Origin: Chloroflexota bacterium
GTDB lineage: Bacteria > Chloroflexota > Dormibacteria > CF-121
DNA: 64,000 bases
Direction of reading: 5' to 3'
Assembly (NCBI GenBank): GCA_005881175.1
Contig: VBEN01000025.1
Location: 21,548 to 85,547, forward strand
Shown: positions 46,852 to 54,555 of the stretch, one piece after another
How positions within the stretch are numbered: position 1 is the stretch's first letter
Layout: every line of letters starts with the position of its first letter
Translations under genes and position numbers: made by a program
The notes under the pieces: model-generated
Told to the model about the DNA's origin: nothing
The model's input: the letters and a program-made list of their open reading frames with translations, nothing else
Databases searched by the model: none

Positions 46852-48030
46852 TTACGCCCGGGCTGCCGTCTTCTCCAGGACTCCTTTCATCCGCTTGACC
46901 CCCTCTTCGATCTGGTCGACCGAGTTCGCGTACGACAGCCGCAGATAGCCTTTCCCTGCCTCCCCAAACGAGGTGCCGGCGAGCACCGCGACCCCGCCTT
47001 CATTCAGCATCCGGTCCGCCAGCTCGCGCTCATTCTGACCGGTCCTTGTGATGTTCGGAAACACGTAGAAGGCGCCCAGCGGCTTATGGCAGCTCACGCC
47101 GGGCAACGCGTTGAGCCGATCAACGACGACGTCCCGGCGGCGCTTGAATTCCGCGACCATGCCCTGAACGGCCGCGTCGGATCGGGGCGAAAGCGCCTCG
47201 ATGGCCGCCATCTGGGTGAACGCGGCCGCGCACGAGCTGCTGTTGATCATCAGCGTCTCCATCTTCTGCGCCAGCGGGAGCGGGGCGACCGCGAATCCAA
47301 GCCGCCAGCCGCACATCGCATAAGCCTTGCTCAGCCCGTCCGAGTAGATCGTCCGCTCGAGCATGCCCGGCACGGTCATGATCGACGCGTGGTGGCCGTC
47401 GTAAGTGATCTGGCCGTAGACCTCATCGCTCAGCACATAGAAGTCGTGCTTTTGCGCCAGCTCGCCAATCTGCTCCAGATCACGGGTTGACAGCACGCCG
47501 CCGGTCGGGTTCTGGGGAGAGTTGATCACGAGGAGCTTCGTCCGGGGCGTGATCTTTGATTTGAGCTCCTCGATGTCGAGCCGAAAATCGTTGCGCTCGC
47601 GAAGCGGGATTGCCACCGGCGTGCCTCCGGCAAGCGTCGCCACCGAGGCATAGATCGGATACCCGGGGTCCGGGATGATGACCTCGTCGCCGTTCTCGAC
47701 CAGAGCCAGCATGGTGAACAGTAGGACGTTCTTTGACCCGGGGACCATGACCACCTGCTCGGGCTTGACATCGACTTCGTACCAGCGCCGGATCCACTCA
47801 GCCACGGCCTGCCGGGCCGGCATCAGTCCGCCCGCCGGGGTGTAGTGCGTGTAGCCGTCGCGGAGCGCCCGCTGGGCGGCTTCGACGATGTTCGGGGGCG
47901 TCGGAAAATCGGGTTCGCCAATCTCGAGATGCACGATGTTGCGGCCCTGCGCTTCCAACTTGCGCGCCTTGGCCAACACCTCGAAGGCGGTTTCGGTGCC
48001 GATCTCGTCCATGCGGCGAGCGAATTTCAC
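46852..48030 (-). CDS. Pyridoxal-phosphate-dependent aminotransferase (class I/II, aspartate aminotransferase-like)
   Basis: 'INSPQNPTG', the PLP lysine in 'SDGLSKAYAMCGWRLG', and 'LRLSYA'. Confidence 0.9.
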   Translation of the reverse strand: MKFARRMDEIGTETAFEVLAKARKLEAQGRNIVHLEIGEPDFPTPPNIVEAAQRALRDGYTHYTPAGGLMPARQAVAEWIRRWYEVDVKPEQVVMVPGSKNVLLFTMLALVENGDEVIIPDPGYPIYASVATLAGGTPVAIPLRERNDFRLDIEELKSKITPRTKLLVINSPQNPTGGVLSTRDLEQIGELAQKHDFYVLSDEVYGQITYDGHHASIMTVPGMLERTIYSDGLSKAYAMCGWRLGFAVAPLPLAQKMETLMINSSSCAAAFTQMAAIEALSPRSDAAVQGMVAEFKRRRDVVVDRLNALPGVSCHKPLGAFYVFPNITRTGQNERELADRMLNEGGVAVLAGTSFGEAGKGYLRLSYANSVDQIEEGVKRMKGVLEKTAARA

Positions 48031-48034
48031 GGCG

Positions 48035-48325
48035 TTATCCTCTGACTCCGAAGGGACCGAGGTCGCCCTTGAACGACATCCATCTCACCCGAACGTCTTC
48101 GATGCGCGCCATGCGCGGGCCTTGCCGAAGCAGATCCAGGAAGCGCTCCAGCGCCGCGGTCCCGCCTTCCGCCTCAACCTCCACGGCGCCATCGTAGCGG
48201 TTGCGCACGTAGCCCTGTAACCCGAGCCGGCGGGCGTGCGACTCGGCGAACATCCGAAAGCCAACCCCCTGCACGTCACCGAGGATCTCCGCCTTCAGTC
48301 GACGGCGCTGGGGAGAATCGGGCAA
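48035..48325 (-). CDS. acyP: Acylphosphatase
   Basis: 'ILGDVQGVGFRMFAESHARRLGLQGYVRNRYDGAVEVEAEG' (V-x-G-x-V-Q-G-V-x-F-R motif). TTG 48325 gives about 96 aa. The 185-aa ORF extension upstream was discarded. Confidence 0.8.
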   Translation of the reverse strand: MPDSPQRRRLKAEILGDVQGVGFRMFAESHARRLGLQGYVRNRYDGAVEVEAEGGTAALERFLDLLRQGPRMARIEDVRVRWMSFKGDLGPFGVRG

Positions 48326-48338
48326 GGTGGCTGGGCAA

Positions 48339-48602
48339 TCAGGCGTGAGCCGCAGGTCCGGTCGTAACCACGACCTGGACCCGCTTCGGCGCGTCGGGAA
48401 TCGCCTGCAGGGTCCGGCGCACGACCGGAAGGTACGCCTGGACGAGCTGGCGGGCGGATTGCTCGGTCGGGGCCCCGATGACCAGCCGTTGGTCGTCGCA
48501 ATGGCAACAGGTGGCAGTGCCTTCCCAGACGTAATAGGCAGTGTCGGGCAGGTTGAGGCTGAGCAGGAGCTGGAGCTCCTTCCACACTGCACTCCCCTGC
48601 AT
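48339..48602 (-). CDS. Stand-alone DnaA N-terminal (domain I)-like protein, 87 aa
   Basis: 'AVWKELQLLLSLNLPDTAYYVWEGTATCCHCDDQRLVIGAPTEQSARQLVQAYLPVVRRTLQAI' aligns by eye with B. subtilis DnaA residues about 7-75 (W..L...L....F..W....L.I.AP..F....L...Y...I). Confidence 0.55.
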   Translation of the reverse strand: MQGSAVWKELQLLLSLNLPDTAYYVWEGTATCCHCDDQRLVIGAPTEQSARQLVQAYLPVVRRTLQAIPDAPKRVQVVVTTGPAAHA

Positions 48603-48646
48603 TAACCGTAATCCTACTCCCGCAGCCCGCCCTAAGCTAGGGGCAA

Positions 48647-49843
48647 ATGTCTCTGACGGAGGCGCTCAAGGAACTGGCAAGGGCGCTCGGTTTTTGCGCC
48701 GTTGGCGTGACTGGTGCCGAGCCACTTGTCGAAGCCGAATCGGCCGCCACCACGCGCACGGCGGAGGGCCTGATGGATGGACTCACCTGGTGGAGTCCGA
48801 TGCGCGCTCATGCGAGCGCGGATCCGCGACGGGCGCTGCCCGACGCCCGCAGCGTGATCGCGCTTGCCTACCCCCATCCGGCGCCAGCTTTTCCCTCCCC
48901 CCTTAAGGGCGAGGGGCAGGGCGAGGGCCCTGGAGGCCGGATCGCCGCGTACGCTCTCGGCCGCGACTATCACGAGATCTTGATCGAGCGGATGCAGCCC
49001 TTGCTGGCGATGCTTCGCGAGCGGGGATACGCCGCCAAGACCTACGTCGATCACGGCTGGATGCTCGATCGCGCCGCGGCGGCGCGGGCCGGTCTCGGCT
49101 GGCTGGGCAAGAACACCAACCTGCTCGTCTCCAGCACCGGCTCCTACGTTCTACTTGCCGAAATCGTGACGTCCGCCGCGCTCCAGCCGGATCAACCGCT
49201 GAAGAAGAGCTGCGGCACATGCGACGCCTGCATGCGGGTCTGTCCGACCGGGGCACTGGTAAAGCCGGGCGTGCTCGACAACCAGCGCTGCATTTCCTTC
49301 TGGACGATCGAGCACCGCGGCGTCATCCCGCGCGACATCCGGCCGCTGATCGGCGATTGGATCTTTGGCTGTGATCTCTGCCAGGAGATCTGCCCGGTCA
49401 ACGCCAGGCCGGCCGCGCCCGATGCCGCGGCGCTCACCGCATTCGGCCCGATGATGGAACCACGACCCCGCCTCGATGAACTGCTGACCCTCGATGACGA
49501 GAGCTTCCGCGCTCGATTTCGTCAGAGCGCGGTCTGGCGCACGCGGCGATCGGGTCTGCTTCGCAATGTCTGTATCGCGCTGGGCAACGTCGCGGATCGC
49601 CGCTCCCTGCCCGCTCTCGCGGCGGCGCTGGCCGATGACCAACCCCTTATCCGCGGCCATGCGGCGTGGGCACTCGGTCGACTCGGCGGAGCAGCGGCCC
49701 GGAATGCGCTGGCGCTCGCCCTCAGGCGCGAAGCCGACTCCTGGGTGCGCGACGAGTGCCAGCTGGCGATCGAGGAGTGCGGGCCGCTCGCCGTCCCGTT
49801 AGGGGGCGTACCGCCGTCCCCTCTTCCGCCCGCGCCAGCATGA
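48647..49843 (+). CDS. queG: tRNA epoxyqueuosine(34) reductase
   Basis: 'RIAAYALGRDYH', Fe-S motifs 'CGTCDACMRVCPTGA' and 'FGCDLCQEICPVN', 'CISFWTIE', and C-terminal HEAT-like 'DDQPLIRGHAAWALGRLG'. Confidence 0.9.
   Translation: MSLTEALKELARALGFCAVGVTGAEPLVEAESAATTRTAEGLMDGLTWWSPMRAHASADPRRALPDARSVIALAYPHPAPAFPSPLKGEGQGEGPGGRIAAYALGRDYHEILIERMQPLLAMLRERGYAAKTYVDHGWMLDRAAAARAGLGWLGKNTNLLVSSTGSYVLLAEIVTSAALQPDQPLKKSCGTCDACMRVCPTGALVKPGVLDNQRCISFWTIEHRGVIPRDIRPLIGDWIFGCDLCQEICPVNARPAAPDAAALTAFGPMMEPRPRLDELLTLDDESFRARFRQSAVWRTRRSGLLRNVCIALGNVADRRSLPALAAALADDQPLIRGHAAWALGRLGGAAARNALALALRREADSWVRDECQLAIEECGPLAVPLGGVPPSPLPPAPA
48893..48928 (+). repeat. About 36-nt C-run/TT/G-run element (copy 2), in-frame inside queG
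   Basis: 'ccctccccccttaagggcgaggggcagggcgagggc' encodes 'PSPLKGEGQGEG' in a variable loop of QueG. It is related to the copy at 45439-45474. Confidence 0.35.
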
Positions 49844-50336
49844 ACAGCAGATCGGAAAGGCGGTTGACGTAACGGAGGACTTCCGGGTTGGTCAGGCTCC
49901 CGGACTGCTGCAGGCCGACGATGCGACGCTCGGCGCGCCGCACGACGGAGCGGGCGACGTCGAGCGCGGCCGAAGGATGGGTGCCCCCCGGAATAACGAA
50001 CGCGTCCGGTAGGGTGACCCGCTGCTCGAGGTCGGCGATCTCCGTTTCGCAGCGGCTGGTGAAATCGGCGGTGATGACCTTGAAGTGCTGCCGCAGGGTG
50101 TCGTACTGCGCCGGGTCCGTAGCCAGTTCGGCGCCAACCGTGAAGAGCTCGCTTTGCAGCCGCAGGATGATCGCGTGCCGCCCGCGATCGGTGATGAGCG
50201 CGCGCGCGACGCCGAGGGCCGAGATGGCTTCATCGACGTCGCCGTAAGCCTCCGTACGCGGATCGGTCTTTGGTACCCGGCCGCCGTACAGCAGACCCGT
50301 TTCTCCGCCATCTCCGGTCCTGGTGACGATGCTCTT
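49722..50336 (-). CDS. ATP:cob(I)alamin adenosyltransferase, PduO type (start codon unresolved)
   Basis: A continuous frame encodes 'KSIVTRTGDGGETGLLYGGRVPKTDPRTEAYGDVDEAISALG...VIPGGTHPSAALDVARSVVRRAERRIV...YVNRLSDLLFMLAR'. The first ATG/GTG/TTG in this frame is only at 49943. The 5' coordinate given is the AAG at the position where homologues have Met. Confidence 0.75.
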   Translation of the reverse strand, partial: KSIVTRTGDGGETGLLYGGRVPKTDPRTEAYGDVDEAISALGVARALITDRGRHAIILRLQSELFTVGAELATDPAQYDTLRQHFKVITADFTSRCETEIADLEQRVTLPDAFVIPGGTHPSAALDVARSVVRRAERRIVGLQQSGSLTNPEVLRYVNRLSDLLFMLARAEEGTAVRPLTGRRAARTPRSPAGTRRAPRSRLRA

Positions 50337-50355
50337 GCGGGCGATGGCAGATGTC

Positions 50356-50859
50356 CTACGCAGCGCCGCGGGCTAACACTTCCCGCGACCAGTGCTGCAA
50401 GATCCTGCGATGTGTCGTAAAGGCCAGTGGCGGTAGCCGGTCCGGGCCGAACCAGCCGACATCCTGCACCTCATCGCCGGCGGCCGGCTGACCGGCGACC
50501 AAGCGGGCGCGATAGGGCAAGACGACAATCCCTTCGTCCTCGTGCACGACGTGCTGGATGGCGAGCTGCTCGACCGGTTCCACCGTCACCAGCATCTCCT
50601 CGAGGCACTCGCGCACCATGGCGACCTCGGGATGCTCGTTCCAATCGACAAAGCCTCCCGGCAGGCCCCAGAGCCCGCGCCCGGGCTCGATGTCACGCAG
50701 AACCAGGAGCACACGTCCCTGATCCTCGATCAGGGCGGTGACCACCACCTTGGGGTTTCGGAAAAAGATCCGATCACAACCGGGACACACGCTCAGCGAC
50801 TGGTTGGCGACCAGCCGCGTCGCGGTCCTGGACCCGCAATCGGAGCAGTAGGCGATCAC
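50356..50859 (-). CDS. NUDIX hydrolase with N-terminal zinc ribbon
   Basis: GTG 50859 overlaps the bioY TGA (GTGA). 'CSDCG...CPGC' zinc ribbon and Nudix box 'GGFVDWNEHPEVAMVRECLEEMLV'. Confidence 0.85.
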   Translation of the reverse strand: MIAYCSDCGSRTATRLVANQSLSVCPGCDRIFFRNPKVVVTALIEDQGRVLLVLRDIEPGRGLWGLPGGFVDWNEHPEVAMVRECLEEMLVTVEPVEQLAIQHVVHEDEGIVVLPYRARLVAGQPAAGDEVQDVGWFGPDRLPPLAFTTHRRILQHWSREVLARGAA

Positions 50860-51413
50860 CGCGAACGACTCAGGCGCCACCCGGCCGGCAGCACCGCGGC
50901 CGCGACCGCCAGCTTGATCGCATCCCCGATGAGGAACGGGAAAAGCCCGAGTGCCAGGACGCTCGAGGCGGGCACGAATCGTGCCAGCCACAGCAGGCCA
51001 AACACATAGATCGCGATTTCACCGGCAACCATCGCCACGACGGTGTGCGGCAGATCCTTCGTCCAGCCGCGATCCGCAAACCAGCCGACGACGAAGGCCG
51101 CGACCACGAAGCCGGCAAGATAGCCGTAGGTCGTGGGGCCGCGGGCAGGGGCAAACACGGGCAGTCCGGCGACGCCTTCGGCGATATACGCGAGCATTGA
51201 TGCCGTCCCGAGGCGCGCGCCGAGGAGCGCCCCCGTCAGTAGGACGGCGAAAGTCTGTCCGGTAATCGGCACAGGTGTAAACGGCAGGGGGATACTGATG
51301 TGCGCCATCAGCCCGGTAAAAAGACTGAACGCGATCACCAGACCGGCGTCGCTGAGCAGCGATCGGTCGGGGATCCAGTGGCGCGCCAGCGTGGCCGACG
51401 GCGCTGTTCGCAC
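50856..51413 (-). CDS. bioY: Biotin transporter BioY (ECF S-component family)
   Basis: 'ISIPLPFTPVPITGQTFAVLLTGALLG' is the BioY hallmark. Length is 185 aa. Confidence 0.9.
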   Translation of the reverse strand: MRTAPSATLARHWIPDRSLLSDAGLVIAFSLFTGLMAHISIPLPFTPVPITGQTFAVLLTGALLGARLGTASMLAYIAEGVAGLPVFAPARGPTTYGYLAGFVVAAFVVGWFADRGWTKDLPHTVVAMVAGEIAIYVFGLLWLARFVPASSVLALGLFPFLIGDAIKLAVAAAVLPAGWRLSRSR

Positions 51414-51430
51414 CCAGAAATCCTAGCGCG

Positions 51431-52285
51431 TCAGATCGGGGTCGCCGCGGGGACCCGCTCGAGCTCGGGGCGCGGAGTCAACAGAGCCAGGTCCGCCTCG
51501 GACAGCGGCGTGGATTCCAGGGTGCTCCCAGCTTTTGCCGCCGCCACGATCTCGTCCTTGTGCAGGCGAATTCGGCGGGCGCCCAGTGGGCATTTCAGGT
51601 ACTCGGCCAGGGGCTCGTCACAATAGCCCATCCGCTGATCGCCACACTTCGGCTGCACCGGCTTGGCCAGTTCCGGGAAGCGCGCCTTGAGCGCGTTGCG
51701 AGCCCTGGCCCACATATGCCGGATCTCCCATTGCGCCCGCCAGCAGAGCCGCAGGTCGGCGATGTGCAGGAACTCTTCGAAATTTACGGTGAACGTCAAG
51801 TTCGTCGACGCCGCATTGGGCAACAGGAATCGAGCGTCCTCGGCAGGGACACCTGCCTTGAGCGCCTGGTCGTAGAGTTCGCCAACACGCCGCATGAAGG
51901 CGAGATACTCCTCGCGCAGCCCGGCCCGTTCCCAGGTTTCGGGCACGACGAAGGGAAAGTCCGCTTCCTTGAAGGCGTAGTAGCGCTGCGACTGCTGGTC
52001 AAAGGTGATCCCATTGTTGTGCCGGACCAGCTGGTGGCTGGCGGAGCGCGACAACCCGCTGACGGCGAAGGTGAAGTACACCTGGGTCCGCGGCGAGGAA
52101 TGGCCGCTCTTGAGCTTGTCGAAGATGAACGTCTTCATCTTCTCCTCGGTGATCTTGCCCGACTCGATGTCGGCCCAAATCTGTTGCGGCGTGAACCGGG
52201 AGTAGCAGGTCCGGAATGCGACATACATCACCCGGATCGGATCGGGGGTATGGGTCAGCAGCTGGACGTCGATCGCGGTTTCCAT
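51431..52285 (-). CDS. thyX: FAD-dependent thymidylate synthase ThyX (variant motif, C-terminal extension)
   Basis: 'LSRSASHQLVRHNNGITFDQQSQRY' and 'ARFLLPNAASTNL...NFEEFLHIADLRLCWRAQWEIR'. ATG 52285 is preferred over TTG 52315. There are about 55 extra C-terminal residues with three Cys. Confidence 0.85.
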   Translation of the reverse strand: METAIDVQLLTHTPDPIRVMYVAFRTCYSRFTPQQIWADIESGKITEEKMKTFIFDKLKSGHSSPRTQVYFTFAVSGLSRSASHQLVRHNNGITFDQQSQRYYAFKEADFPFVVPETWERAGLREEYLAFMRRVGELYDQALKAGVPAEDARFLLPNAASTNLTFTVNFEEFLHIADLRLCWRAQWEIRHMWARARNALKARFPELAKPVQPKCGDQRMGYCDEPLAEYLKCPLGARRIRLHKDEIVAAAKAGSTLESTPLSEADLALLTPRPELERVPAATPI

Positions 52286-52299
52286 CCGGGGCCGTCTTA

Positions 52300-52355
52300 T
52301 TGTGCGACTCCACAATATCTTGTGTCAAGGCGACTTTTTATCCACAATCTGTGGA
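52300..52355. promoter_or_regulatory. Divergent promoter/operator region: TTGTG-N6-CACAA (52300-52315), TCCACA-ATC-TGTGGA (52341-52355), CCACAAT twice
   Basis: This is an AT-richer 90-nt gap between thyX and the 52376 gene. Palindromes were read directly. TTGACA (minus strand) and TTGTGT (plus strand) lie 17-18 nt from CACAAT hexamers. Confidence 0.45.
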
Positions 52356-52375
52356 AATCCTGGGGAGAACGTATC

Positions 52376-52759
52376 ATGAGCCGGATGCCCGTTACCGAGG
52401 CGGATTTCCAGCTCCAGGGGCGCGTGGACAACTACCGCGAGCGCCTGTACCAGCTGCTCATCGCCCTCGATCGGCTGGTTCGAGAGGAGCTGGCGGCCGT
52501 CAACCGCGAGAAGCTCGACGGCAAGGGAACCATCAGTTACGAGCCTCGCCCTCCGCGCTGGACGCTGGCCTGGAAAACGAAGCGCAGGAACTACGAGGTC
52601 AACCTGATGGCGTTTGCTCAGGGAGGCGCCTGGGTGATCCACGGTCGCATGGGCCTGGACCGACCGTTCCGCAACCTGAAGAGCGTTCGCGAACGGGATG
52701 AGGCGACGCTTCGCCAGGAGATCCTGGATCAGGTCGCGACCGACGAGAGCATCCTCTAG
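52376..52759 (+). CDS. Hypothetical protein (127 aa), no recognised family
   Basis: ATG 52376 is preceded by GGGGAG 8 nt upstream. The composition is protein-like. The upstream 270 codons of the 399-aa ORF are antisense to thyX and were discarded. Confidence 0.55.
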   Translation: MSRMPVTEADFQLQGRVDNYRERLYQLLIALDRLVREELAAVNREKLDGKGTISYEPRPPRWTLAWKTKRRNYEVNLMAFAQGGAWVIHGRMGLDRPFRNLKSVRERDEATLRQEILDQVATDESIL

Positions 52760-52791
52760 CGCCCCCACGACCGCAGCGAGCGAGGCTTGAT

Positions 52792-54072
52792 TTGGACACG
52801 GCGAGCTCGATCCAGCGAACGTACCTCGTGCTCCTGCTGGGCAACACGCTGGCGGCCTCGCTCATCTGGGGGATCAACACGATCTTCCTGCTTGATGCGG
52901 GGCTCAGCAACCTGGAAGCGTTCGCGGCCAATGCCTTCTTCACCGCCGGCATGGTCCTCTTCGAGGTGCCGACCGGGGTTGTCGCCGACACCGTCGGGCG
53001 GCGCGCTTCCTACCTGCTCGGGACCGTGACGCTGGCAGCATCGACCCTGCTGTATGTGCTGCTCTGGCGAATCCACGCACCGTTCTGGCAGTGGGCGGTC
53101 GTTTCCATGCTGATCGGCCTTGGGTTCACGTTCTTCTCGGGTGCCGTGGAGGCGTGGCTGGTCGACGCGCTCAAGGCGACGGGCTTCACCGGCGCGCTCG
53201 AGTCGGTATTCGGACGTGGCCAGGTGGTCACCGGAGTAGCGATGCTGACCGGCTCGGTCGCCGGCGGGTTGATCGCCCAGGCGACCAATCTTGGCGTGCC
53301 CTTCGTGCTCCGCGGTCTCATTCTCGTCGCCATGTTCGTGCTGGCGTTTCGGCTCATGCACGATGTCGGCTTCAATCCCGAGAAGGGCGGGAGGGTCGTG
53401 ACCGAGATCCGAAAGATCACCTCCGCCTCGATCGACTATGGCCTGCGCGTACCGTCCGTCCGCTGGCTGATGCTCGAGTCCCTGTTCACCGGCGGCGTGG
53501 GCATCTACGGTTTCTACGCGCTGCAGCCGTACCTGCTCAAGCTCTACGGTGACCCACACGCCTATGTGATCGCCGGCCTGGCGGCGGCGATCGTGGCCGG
53601 CGCACAAATCCTCGGTGGGATCGCCGCACCGCGCATCCGGGGACGCTTCCGCCGGCGCACGTCGGCACTGATCGCCACGGCAACGGTCGGGGTCGTCGTC
53701 CTCAGCCTGATGGGGATCCTGCAGAATTTCTGGGTGGTGATCGGCCTCGTCGTCATCTGGTCGCTGATCTTTGCCGCCTCGATGCCCATCCGGCAGACCT
53801 ACATGAATGGCATGATCCCGTCGCGACAGCGCGCAACGATTCTGTCGTTCGACTCGCTGATGGGATCCTCTGGCGGGGTCTGGGCCCAGCCGCTCCTTGG
53901 TCGCGTTGCCGACGTGTGGGGCTATGGGCCTTCCTACGTCGTGGGGGCCGCGATTTCAGCCATCGCCATTCCGTGCCTCGCGCTGTCCCGACGTCAGAAC
54001 GCGCCAGCGGATACGGTGCAGGCGGTTGGGACCCCGAGCGGCGCGGATGCTGCGGAGTCCGGAGTGATTTAA
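52792..54072 (+). CDS. MFS transporter
   Basis: 12 TM segments, and 'GVVADTVGRRASYLLG' is MFS motif A-like. Confidence 0.85.
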   Translation: MDTASSIQRTYLVLLLGNTLAASLIWGINTIFLLDAGLSNLEAFAANAFFTAGMVLFEVPTGVVADTVGRRASYLLGTVTLAASTLLYVLLWRIHAPFWQWAVVSMLIGLGFTFFSGAVEAWLVDALKATGFTGALESVFGRGQVVTGVAMLTGSVAGGLIAQATNLGVPFVLRGLILVAMFVLAFRLMHDVGFNPEKGGRVVTEIRKITSASIDYGLRVPSVRWLMLESLFTGGVGIYGFYALQPYLLKLYGDPHAYVIAGLAAAIVAGAQILGGIAAPRIRGRFRRRTSALIATATVGVVVLSLMGILQNFWVVIGLVVIWSLIFAASMPIRQTYMNGMIPSRQRATILSFDSLMGSSGGVWAQPLLGRVADVWGYGPSYVVGAAISAIAIPCLALSRRQNAPADTVQAVGTPSGADAAESGVI

Positions 54073-54512
54073 CTCGAGAGCTCGCGCTCGACCAAGGCCT
54101 TCAACAGGGCAAGATCCCGCTCGAAAGTTCGGCGGATCAGCGGCTGCCAGACCCACATTCCGAGTTTCCCGACCAATCCCCAGGGCGGGATCAGCGTTTC
54201 GATCCACACAATACGGGTGCCGGATCGCTCGCGAACGCAGCGCATCACGCCTCTCCCCTTCACCCACCCGCGGTGCTCGATCTCCAAGAGATCCGGTGGC
54301 TCCCAGCGGGCGACCCGCATCGGGTCGATGGTCGAAAGCCACCCGATCCGGATCATGGCATCGGCCTCGACCCCGACGCCTTCTCGGTGCGGGGAAGTGA
54401 CGCGGAACCTGGATGCCTCTTTCATCCAGCTCCCAAGGTGTTCCCAATCGACGAGATAGTGCCAGATCACTTCCGGCGGGGCGTCGATAACCTTCGATGT
54501 CTTTACTTCCAT
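54069..54512 (-). CDS. SRPBCC-family protein (polyketide cyclase/dehydrase-like fold)
   Basis: 'MEVKTSKVIDAPPEVIWHYLVDWEHLGSWM...' has the typical SRPBCC N-terminus. Length is 147 aa. Confidence 0.8.
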   Translation of the reverse strand: MEVKTSKVIDAPPEVIWHYLVDWEHLGSWMKEASRFRVTSPHREGVGVEADAMIRIGWLSTIDPMRVARWEPPDLLEIEHRGWVKGRGVMRCVRERSGTRIVWIETLIPPWGLVGKLGMWVWQPLIRRTFERDLALLKALVERELSS

Positions 54513-54555
54513 CAGCTCGATTCCATTCTCCGCCGGGACGCGGCATCATGGGACA

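Noticed and set aside
50334-50369. PduO produced as a fusion with the upstream NUDIX protein by programmed frameshift or readthrough
   Set aside because: There is no slippery heptamer or stimulatory structure at the junction. The NUDIX frame ends in TAG with an ordinary C-terminus, so a lost or non-canonical start is the simpler explanation.
51560-52375. The first 272 codons of the 399-aa plus-strand ORF 51560-52759
   Set aside because: This part is antisense to thyX and of junk composition. Only the last 127 codons, from ATG 52376 with a GGGGAG RBS, are treated as a gene.
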